In this document: one piece after another, positions 54,046-64,000 of the stretch
How the letters are laid out: each line of letters begins with the position of its first letter
Numbering within the stretch: position 1 is the first letter of the stretch
Origin: Flaccisagitta enflata
Taxonomy: Eukaryota
Assembly (NCBI GenBank): GCA_965153355.1
Contig: OZ231126.1
Coordinates: forward strand, 38,378,001 to 38,442,000
Direction of reading: 5' to 3'
Length of the DNA stretch: 64,000 nucleotides
The notes under the pieces: generated by a model
What the model saw: the letters and a program-made list of their open reading frames with translations, nothing else
Told to the model about the DNA's origin: nothing
Database searches by the model: none
Made by a program: the position numbers and the translations under genes

Positions 54046-57000
54046 ATGGAGAGACCAGAGACAGATGCTATGGACGATAGTTTTTTAAAGATATGGAAGA
54101 CTTATACAAAAATCATCTTGATTCTCGCGCTGCCTTTGATTGACTTGTTCACCGATATTTACACCCTCAATTTGTACTATGAGCCAAACAAATCATTGAT
54201 GGTGAAGGTGTTCTGCGCCAGTCTCTTTGTGATATCCCTTCACAACGTGATTTCTACGGCCTGCGGAGTTACTCGTATTTCCGCTCTTCACAGCCGAAGC
54301 AAACTTGTGATTTGGGGATCCAATGGATGGAAATGCGTAACCGTTGCTCTACATGCTATCGGAGTTGGCGGGATCCTCGTACCACTCGAGGCAATCTTGT
54401 CCACTCAGAAGCTTAGCCCAGAAATGATTTATGAAAGGTAGGTTTTGAATTTCCATGCCTGAAGAACATTTTTAGCATTCGCAGGAGTAGTGTGCATTGA
54501 TTTCCATTGAGATAGAGGCAAGCATGATGTTATAAGGATGGACTTAGGAGCGCATTTAAGAGGAGGGACTGTATGGTTTTGGGGTTTTGATTAGTTTTTA
54601 ACGGGCAGGGATCCAGGATGAAAATATCTCAATTTTAAGGGTTTAGAATAAAAAAAAGACACCACTCCCAATTTTTTGCACAGGGTATCTGAAAAGGGTG
54701 TATAATCAGAATATGATATTCATTTTGGTCAAATAGTGGCCAACAAAATTAGAAATGGTTTTTTTTACTATAAATTGTGTTTTTTACTATAAACACATAG
54801 AATATTAAACCTTTTTTTATCAATATTGATTGAAACTGATGTATTTTGATCATTGGTACTATGCTGATTCAATTTTTGGTGTTTTCGACCAATTTTGGCC
54901 ATTTTTGAAAATTTGCACTTTTTTGTCATTTGCATATTGCGGTTTCGCATTTTTCGCTCACAACTTGAGCGTTTCTTATAGTAGCTCAATGAAACTCATA
55001 CCTGATGTATATTATAACCTAAGACACAGTCTTCAATGCTTTTTTATTAGAATTGTACAAATTTGGCTTATTCCCTCATAATTTGGCTTTTTAAAGCCAT
55101 TTTTAAGCTCCTTAGACATACAGAGAAATATAGAGAGTTCACCCAATTATCATTCTTCACAAGGGCTACACATGTTTGCAAAAAAAATCACAGAAATAAT
55201 GAAAGAAATACTGTTTTTAAAGCAAAAATAACAGTTTTTACCACAAAAAACCGTTTCTAATTTTATTGGCCAATATTGGACCAAAATAAATATCATATTC
55301 TGATTCTACACCCTTTTTATGACCACTGTGCAAAAAATTGGGGGTGGTGTCTTTTTTTTTTTTTTTTTTTTTTTTCTTTTTAGAAATTTTCATCCTGGAT
55401 TCCTGCCCGTTAATGGTAGACTGTAAGCCATTGTTGTAGAGGTTTTTGTGGATATGGCATTGTTGTTCTAGTGTTTGCAGACCCAAACTATCTTTACCAA
55501 AAGAAGCGCGACACCTTCTATCTAGAATATCTTTGCTTCTAGAGAGGCTAGAGACTTTTTAAAAAAACCTAATTAATCTACTCAATAAGGTCTACACAAT
55601 ATGTCCAATCTGGAGACTGTACCTTAAAGCGTTTAGAAATGGCAAGCAGAAGAAGCCAAGTAGTCATTTTCAGAATTGATAAAAAAATTGTGAAAAAAGA
55701 ACAGGAAAAATTTCATGTAACTTTAACTTTGGAAAAGCTAAATACTTTTTCCAAAAAAAAGCAAAAAAATCTACATCAAAAAATCTAAAAGATGAGCGCA
55801 ATCTGGATTCTGTAGCTCAAGCCGTTTGGAAATGGCAAGCAAAAGAGTAGACCTATTTTAAAGATCATAGGCTCGCAATAACTGTGGAAAATGAAAAAAA
55901 GATCATCATCCCTGTTAATGAAGAAATGCAATAGAAATTGCATATTAGATTCACAGCCTGGTTTGTTTCTCATAAAAAACTCATTTGACTCACAAACTCT
56001 CTCCGTTAACCAAATTTTGTGAGCGTATGGTCAATAAATCATATTATTCCTAGGGTGTCGCGTTTCCTTTGGTGAAGATAGTGGTTATTTTTTAGTCCCG
56101 TGCACGCGACTCTCTACCCGCTATGTCCGTCCGTCGGTCTTCGGTCTGTCAGTAACACTTTGCTTTTGTTGCGTTTTACGGGCGGTTTTTGCATTACTGC
56201 TCCCGCCAAAAAGATTGGTTAGCCTTATTCATCACAGGCCCTGCCTACCCGCACGCGACTTGTTTCAAAAACAAGGCGAACACCTAAAATACGCGTGCTG
56301 GACTTACTTGTTTTCTTAATTTCTTATAATTATCTATAATGATAAAATATCCTAAATCATGTTAAGTCTTCAAACCTAAAACCTATAAAATCACAAAAAA
56401 TTGACTTGGAATGACCTAGTATTTAGATGGCCCTAAATGACTTAAAATGAACAAAATGACTTAGAATGAATTATATGACAAAAATAACTAATAAAGACCT
56501 AGATGACCTAAAATGACTAAAAAGAATAGAATAACCCTGATTGATGTAATTGACAAAATTGACTAAAATGACCAAAATGACTAAGAATGACTTAGAATGA
56601 CTTGAAATGACTTGGAATGACTTGAAATGACTTGGAATGACTTGGAATGACTGGGAATGACTTGGAATGACTTGGAATGACTTGGAATGACTTGGAATGA
56701 CTTGGAATGACTTGGAATGACTTAGAATGACTTAGAATGACTTATGATAAGAAATGACTAAGAATGTCTTAAATTGACTTAGAATGACCTAAAATGACTT
56801 GAAATACCTTCACCTATAAGTCGCGTGCTGTACATAGATAACTTAAGATGACTTTTATTGACTCAAGATGACTTAAGAATGACTCAAGACGACTTTAAAT
56901 GACTTAAAAAGACATAAAATGACTAAAATGACTACATTGACTGATTTGACTTAAGTGACTTAAAATAACTTAGAATGACTTAGAATGACTCAGAATGACT

Positions 57001-59751
57001 TCAAATGACTAGAAAAAACTGAAAGTATAATAAAAAAGTAGTGTGACGTACGGACGGACCAACAGACTGACGGACCAACGGAACGATGGACCAACGGACC
57101 AATGGACCGACAAAGTGGGTTGTAGAGTCGCGTGCACGCGACTAAAAACATGGCATCACCTAAAATGAATTAAAATGAATTAGTTTGATGTAAAAAATGT
57201 AAGCGACAAAGGAGACCAGATGATAAATATAAGTAAAACTGATTGTAAATGACCTAGAATGACCCTAGATGACCCTGAATGACTGACTGAGAATGACCTT
57301 AAATTAAAATGACATACATGACCAAATTTACCAAATTACCAAGAATGCATGACTAAGAATGACTAAGTATATTCTTCAATTACTTATGATGACTTAAAGA
57401 AATGAAATTGATAAAAAAGTAAAATTATGATCAACAGACCGACCAATCAACCGACAGATGGACAGACCAACCGACTGATAGACTGACCAACCAACCAACA
57501 GACGGAAGGATGGACAAAGCAGGGTGGAGAGTCGCGTGCACGCGACTAATAAATCCAGGTAGACAATTTGCGCTTTTGAATACTTCAGTTTGTTTGTTTG
57601 TTGATTTAACTAAAAGTTTCATCCTATTCATATATCTGCTCACCGCATTAAAACTTTTATATTTTTGCAGATTGGAGGATATGGAGGATTTTGCTACTTC
57701 AATCAGTTTGATTCATACAGTTTTTGAGTCGATCCCACAATTCTTTATACAAGTGGGTGTCATCATGGCACCCTTGGTCAGTTTGTGGCCTACCCAAATT
57801 TTTAGGTGTAACCAATGCGGCAATATGCTACTCCCGCTAGACTTTCACTCCCGGCTATCTCTCCAGCCACTTTTGGCTTCTGACTCCTTTCTTCCCGGCA
57901 CTTAGTCCATTCCTCTCCACTTATTTCCTCCAACTTCTCTCTTGCCACTCCCCAGACTCCTATTCTGTAATTCCCGCCTCTTCTGCAACTTCCTCTTTCC
58001 TGCTACTCCCAATCTTCAACCTCTCCGACTCTCCCGTCAATCCTGCTCTCCCCCACTGCTGCTACTCCTGCTCTCCCGCTATTCCGCCCATCCCGCTATT
58101 CCGCCAAACCCGCTCCGCTCGCTCCTCCCGCTCCCGCAACTCCCGCTAGTCCCGCTCCCGCAATTCCCGCTACTCCCGCTCCAGAAACTCCCGCTCCTCC
58201 CGCTCCCGCTACTCCCGCTCCAGCAACTCCCGCTTCTCCCGCTCCCGCAACTCCCGCTCCTCCCGCATCCGCAACTCCCGCTTCTCCCGCTCCCGCTCCT
58301 CTCGCACCCGCAACCCCCGCTTCCGCAACTCCCGCTCCCGCATTTCCCGCTTCCCAAACTTTGGTAAAATCAAAAAAGAGAAAGAAAAAAAAGAAAATGA
58401 GAAATGACGAAAAAAAAAGAGAAAAAAGACAGAGAGAACAAGGAAAATAGGAAGAGAGAGAAAAGGATTAGGTGAAGAACGAAAGATGGAAATGATGAAA
58501 GAAAGAAAACAATGGAAAGAAAAAAAGAGAGAAAGGAAGACATAAAAAGAAGGGAAACGGGAAAAAAACTAGGAAGTAGAAATGGAAAACAGAAAGAATG
58601 AAAGAAAGAAAGAAAAAAAGAAAAAAAGAAAAAAAGAAAAAAAGAAAAAAAGAAAAAAAGAAAAAAAGAAAAAAAGAAAAAAAGAAAAAAAGAAAAAAAG
58701 AAAAAAAGAAAAAAAGAAAATAAGAAAGAAAGAAAGGCAGAAAGAAAGAAAGAAAGAAAGAAACAAACAAGCAAACAAACAAACAAACAAACAAACAAAC
58801 AAACAAACAAACAAATAAAAGAAAATCAAAGGAAAGATGAGGTAATGGATGTAAGAAAGGGTATGCAGAGAGAGAGAGGAAGACAAAGAAATTTAGTCAT
58901 TTCGTGGCGTTGAAGTTCCCTCATGGCGTCAATCTTTCACCACTAGAAATTTTAGAATTTCTGGTAACTTGCCATACAACTAAAAGAAAACAAAAATAAA
59001 CAAAAAAAAAAAAAAACTCTTTTGAAAGGCTAATTTTGCCTATGAATTTTAGAAAAAACTTTGTCCGTCCTTCCATCGGTCGGTCAGTTGGTCAGTTTGT
59101 TGTTCTGTCAGTAACACTTTTACTTTATTCATGAATTTTATTTTTCCTCTCACTGCTCCTGCCTAGTGAACTTTATTATAGCCCCTGTCCATCTGCATGC
59201 GACTGGGGTAGACGTGTATCCGGCCTTGTCATTTAAACGCGTGCTACGCAAATCTACACCCCGCTTTGTCCATTGGTCGATCAGAGTCTGTAAGTCTGTC
59301 ATTCACATTCTACTTTTTTATGAATCTTGTAATATGACCTCAATGCCCCTACCCAAATGATTGATTATTCTCCCTCGAGAATTTAAGAATCATTACAGAA
59401 AAATCGCTGAAATGAATGAAGAGGTTTTCGCGTTGAGAACATTATTGAGATACCATGTAGTGAATATCTAGATAATATCTATATGACTTGTGACAACATT
59501 GCTTTATTTAAAAGATACATAAAAACAAAGGATGAGAGTCTTGGGAACTCCCAATGGTGCTTAATCCGGACCCCTCACAACTATCCTTTATCATTATAAA
59601 GCATCACTATCAAAACAAAAAATGGTAAACATAGTCTTTCATATGCAGATAACCTACTCCCCGCAGAACCAAGTGCAGGATCTCAGAGTAATCCTATTGC
59701 ACAGTCACCTAGTCAAAACGCCTGATCCGAAAACCCCTTTAGTCTTTTCCC

Positions 59752-59820
<69 letters not shown>

Positions 59821-62800
59821 CGTCTTTCTCCAACAAAGAAAAAAGTCTAAAACAGTGAATGGCAAGGAATAATAAGGTATCGCGATTGGGCATTATCTTC
59901 CGGTCATCGACAACCAAACATCGGAAAATAGGGTCTCAAACCAAATTAAAACTAAAAACAAATGAGGAACTGAAATTGCAGCATATTCTGCATTTCTTTT
60001 TATTTCTAGTTGTTTGTTTCTTTTTTCTCTTTTCTTTTCATTGGCAACGATTTTCAGCAGTATTTTAAAAAGAATAAGAAGTATAATCTTGATACCTAGA
60101 TTTTTTTTATCATTACCCAGTACCGAGACCCTATACCGTTCCTCAGTACTGCCCCTGCCCGTACCGAGCTCCCGACTTCCGGTATCCAGCTCTGCCGTTC
60201 CGAGGGACCAGCCAACCCTGCCCATGGGGTCCCGCAAGGCATTGGGCATTGGGCCACTGGGCAGGGGCGGATATGCGCGTTTTCCCACTTTTTGACTGGT
60301 GCTGACAGACCAACGGACGGACAAAGCCTCTTATAAAGTTGTATGTCCGCAACAACAAACCAAACAAAAACATATTTAAATCATGTGTTTACACAAAAGA
60401 GATTGAGTGAATTTGATTTAGAATGAGGCCAGTTTACTATATACTACGCGAATCAATAAAAAAAAAAGAAAAAAAAAACAAGGCCGGATACACGGCTACC
60501 GAAGTTGCGTGCAGGTGGGCAGGGGCCATATTTGAGGTCACCAGACCATTTGGGCAGGAGCAGTGAGGTAAAAGAAATAAAATCATAAAAAAAAGTAAAG
60601 TGTGACCGACCAACCAACCAACCGACCGACCGACCGACCGACGGACAAAGCGGGTTGTAGAGTCGCGTGCACGCGACTAAAAACGCACTTTCAAATAGCT
60701 CATTTAGCCATACAATTTTAAGAAACTAATTAAAACCTTAGACCATTTTAAAGCCCTTAGAAAATACTTTCATTTGGCGCCAATCTGGTTATTCTATCTC
60801 TTTTCGTTTAGGAATGGCATTAGTTTGAGTAAAAATGTTGCCTATTTCAGTTTTGCAATCCCTATACTATGAAAAAAATGCATTTTAACTAAATAGTGCT
60901 TCTCTTTGCAGAGCTCCAGTTTCTTAACCGTTTGAGATACAGACCTGGGGTTGGTCTAGAATAAAAGATTTTACAAGATCTTTAAAAATGACTTAACTGA
61001 TAATAATCGGAATATTCTTTTTTATCTGTTTTATAAGTAAAGAAGCGCTTCTTCTCTTCCTTATTCGCGTGGTACACTTCTGCAGGAGCAATAATTTGAA
61101 TAGATTCAGTAGATAAGAAAGGCAAGAAACAGAGGCGGGGATGGAACAGGCGGAGGTGGTAGGAGAGGAATAAGCGGGAGTGGGGGAAGTTGAGGCAGAG
61201 GGCGTGGGGGGCGGAAGTCGCGGAAGCGGGAGTTGGGGGTGGCTAAAGCGGGGGTAGCGGGAGTTGCGGGATTGGGAGGAGCGGGATTGGGAGATACCGG
61301 AGCAGGAGTTTCTGGAGCGGGAGGAGCGGGAGCGGGAGGAGCGGGAAGTACCAGAGTAAGAGGAGGAGGAGGAGGAGCGGGAGTTGCGGGAGCGGGAGTT
61401 GCTGGAGCGGGAGTTGCTGGAGTGGGAGTTGTGGGTGCGGGAAGAGCGGGAGCGGGAGGAGCGGGAGAGCGAGGAGCAGGAGTTGGAGTTGTAGGAGCGG
61501 GAGTTGCAGGAGCGGGAGGAGCGGAAGGTAAAGGAGCTAGAGGATGAGCAGGAGCGGGAGTTGCGGGAGCGGGAGAGGGAGGAGCAGAAGTGGGAGGAGC
61601 GGGAGCGGGAGGTACTGGAGCGAGAGGAGCAAGAGAAGCGGGAGCGGGAGTGGGAGAGGGAGCGGGAGAGGGAGGAGCAGGAGTGAGAGTTGCAGGAGCG
61701 GGAGTTGCAGGAGCGGGAGGAGCGGGAGGAGCAGAAGGTAAAGGAGCTAGAGGAGGAGCAGGAGCGGGAGTTGCGGGAGCGGGAGGAGCGGGAGAGGGAG
61801 GAGCAGAAGGTAAAGGAGCTAGAGGAGGAGCAGGAGCGGGAGGAGCGGGAGCGGGAGGAGCGGGAGAGGGAGGAGCAGAAGTGGGAGGAGCGGGAGCGGG
61901 AGGTACTGGAGCGAGAGGAGCAGGAGGACCTGGAGCGGGAGTTACGGAAGCGGGAGTTGCGACTGCGGGAGGGAGCAGTAAGGGAATAAGCTAAGCAGGA
62001 GCCGCGGGAGAGGAACTAGCGGGAGCTGGAGTAGCGCTGAAGCAGATAAAAGGTTCTTCGCTGGATTTGGGCTGGATTTGGGCTGGCCACAGGCTGTCCA
62101 TACCTCCATCATGGTCTTTGCAGGTACAAAGAATTTAGTTAAAAAATTCAAACGTCGGTCGTCCATCCCTCTTCTAAAAATGGTTACAGGCAAATTTTAA
62201 ATTACCACCTGTCCCTATCCATTTAACAAGTAGTCAATAAGTAGTCGCTTGCAGGTCGGCAGGGGCAGTAATTTGGGTGGGCAGGGGCAGTTTGTGGTTG
62301 AGCGGGTGCAATAATGTGACTGGGCAGGGGCCTTAATGCTCAACAATTGCCATTACAGCCTATTTCGCACCTTTGATTTTCGCGTTATGGATCTTCCTCC
62401 CTTCCAACTAAGGGACACACTATCTTTTAGAGTCACTTAGCAAGGGACTAAAAAGCGTACTAATGAGCTCAAGTTTATCCTCGCGAAACATGGCTGCCCG
62501 AGCCTTGAATTAATCCTTTTTAGCGCCGACTGCGCTTTCTTTGACGTTAAGATACTCAAACACCATTTTTCTTGCCCATACTTTTTTTGGCAGCGGCCCC
62601 AAAGGGCCAATGTCCTTTTAAACACAGGGGCAAAATTTGTATGTTTGTACCGTCTTTCCATCCCCCCTTGAGGCTTAAAGCTCTTTGCGGTCAGATACCA
62701 GCCCAATTAGGCCTGAAATGAGCTCTCTCAGGCCTGAGATGAGCTCTCTCTGGCCTGAAATCAGCCCTTTCAGGCCTGAATTTAGCTGTCTTAGGTCTGA

Positions 62801-64000
62801 AATTAGTTCCTCCAGACCTGAAATCATTCTTTGAGGCTTCAAATTTGCCTCCTCAGGATGTCTTGAAATTCACCCCTGTGTTCTACTAAACATTTGCCCT
62901 TTAGAGCCACTGTCCTGCTCTTACTCTACTTCATCACTTAATAATTACTAGCAGAGCATCGGTTACCTCTGACCATGTGCAATCCTTGGAAGGTTTAGTT
63001 CTTGTCATTTCATCATCCCATTTTTGTTTCAACAGGAGAGGATAAACAGTGTTTACCGACTGAAAACTCAATCAATGCAACGGGAAATTGGTTGCTTGGA
63101 GAATCAAAGCGTGGCATTGACAATAATCTAGATGCGCCGTTGCCTCCCATAATAAAGGCAACACTATACTCATTAGAATCATTCGAGGCGACCGGGACAG
63201 ACTGCCAATGCGAACTTAAAAAGGTAGACGATTATATTCCAGAAATTAAATGCTCTTGGCCAATCGATCTCAATGATAGCTTCAAGTATGTCTCAGTGGC
63301 TTCGTCTACATTTTCCATCGCTCATGCTATCCTCAGTTACGGCTACAAAGAAATTGTTTACGACCATCTTTCCAGCAAAAAACGTATCTTGTTTCAAGGT
63401 TTCGGATTGTTAAATTTGATGTATGGTATGACGGTTGGTGTTTATCAAGTGTATATTGCTGGAATGACCAAAACTCCTTGGTTTTTCCTGCTCGTTTTCC
63501 CGCTTATTTTGCGCATGGCCCCCATCAATGTTTGGTACCGAATCTTTTCTGAAATTTTTCCTATACTAAAGAGCGTCAGATACTTTTCCTGCCTACCAAC
63601 GAGGTTCAAAACGGGGGTAATGGTTTGCTCGCTATTCTGGTTCGCAGGGTTGACACTGGGTCTGAACTGTCTGGCTGATTTACTGAGGAAATTATCTCGT
63701 GATGTACACGGCAAAGCCACCAGCTTCCCTTTCGAGTCTGTCTTTCCATCCATTGATCTACCCACCAAATGCATCGGTATGGAACAAAGGGAGTTGTTCG
63801 AATGTTTCCAGTTTCGTGGTTGGATTGATGAATCTATGGGAAGAAATCTACTCGAAAGAGCGTATCCCAAATATTTTGTGACTGCAACCAAACCCGACAT
63901 TCGTAATTTTGACGAGAAGGATTTTGATCGCGTCATGGATGGCATGACTTACTTTGAAAACCTCGTCCCCAGTTTGCGAATAATGTTCGGGAATTATTGG
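54046..64000 (+). CDS. Multi-pass membrane protein, XK-related (Xkr scramblase-like) family, 3' end beyond window
   Basis: Exon 54046-54437 ([21 protein letters not shown]). Exon 57671-~57752/57776 ([12 protein letters not shown], matching the XK-family ExxPQ motif). Exon 63036-64000 is open to the window end with several hydrophobic helices ([16 protein letters not shown]...). The phase between the last two exons is unresolved, so a small exon may be missing. Confidence 0.65.
54602..55409. mobile_element. TTAA-flanked MITE (piggyBac/Kolobok-type target)
   Basis: TTAA|CGGGCAGGGATCCAGGATGAAAAT...ATTTTCATCCTGGATTCCTGCCCG|TTAA, with ~180-bp inverted arms. Confidence 0.88.
56400..57400. repeat. 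10-bp minisatellite (GAATGACTTG)n, degenerate at the edges
   Basis: Near-perfect core at 56585-56745, interspersed with HINE ends. Confidence 0.9.
57830..58342. repeat. C-rich minisatellite (CTCCCG-based)
   Basis: CTCCCGCTCCCGCAA-type 6/9/15-bp units. Confidence 0.9.
61130..62040. repeat. G-rich minisatellite (GCGGGA-based), reverse complement of the 57830-58342 family
   Basis: GGAGCGGGAGTTGCG-type units with higher-order repetition. Confidence 0.9.

Noticed and set aside
61233-61994. Gly/Ala-rich (silk- or EBNA1-like) and Glu/Arg-rich ORFs
   Set aside because: All frames are open because of the GCGGGA minisatellite. There are no splice sites or credible start, and the same repeat occurs inverted at 57830-58342.

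Overview
Repeat-rich metazoan (invertebrate-like) genomic DNA with spliceosomal GT-AG introns, many microsatellites and nested non-autonomous DNA elements. The species cannot be assigned from the sequence. (1) 1-~10.2 kb: most of a divergent, frameshifted Ty3/Gypsy LTR retrotransposon (gag, PR, dUTPase-like insert, RT, RNase H, IN, PPT, 3' LTR; the 5' LTR is upstream of the window). It has no env. Its 2.5-kb pol-to-LTR interval instead carries an ANTISENSE cassette. This comprises a 4-exon gene for a ~193-aa type I membrane protein (ATG inside the LTR, signal peptide encoded by the complement of the polypurine tract), an overlapping basic ORF that shares its last intron, and a 127-aa FAST-like small transmembrane ORF. 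This cassette is the most novel signal in the window. (2) 21.8-36.1 kb: a hand-built 17-exon minus-strand gene for a ~976-aa SPAG17/PF6-like protein, about half the usual length. One intron holds a MITE/MITE/LINE nest with an open 797-codon LINE ORF2. (3) 54.0 kb to the end: a plus-strand multi-pass membrane gene of the XK-related type. The rest is hAT, Tc1/mariner-type and TTAA MITEs, Helentron-associated (HINE/DINE-like) repeats, a ~2-kb (GA)n array and other tandem repeats. All gene models were read by eye and family calls rest on remembered motifs, not database searches.
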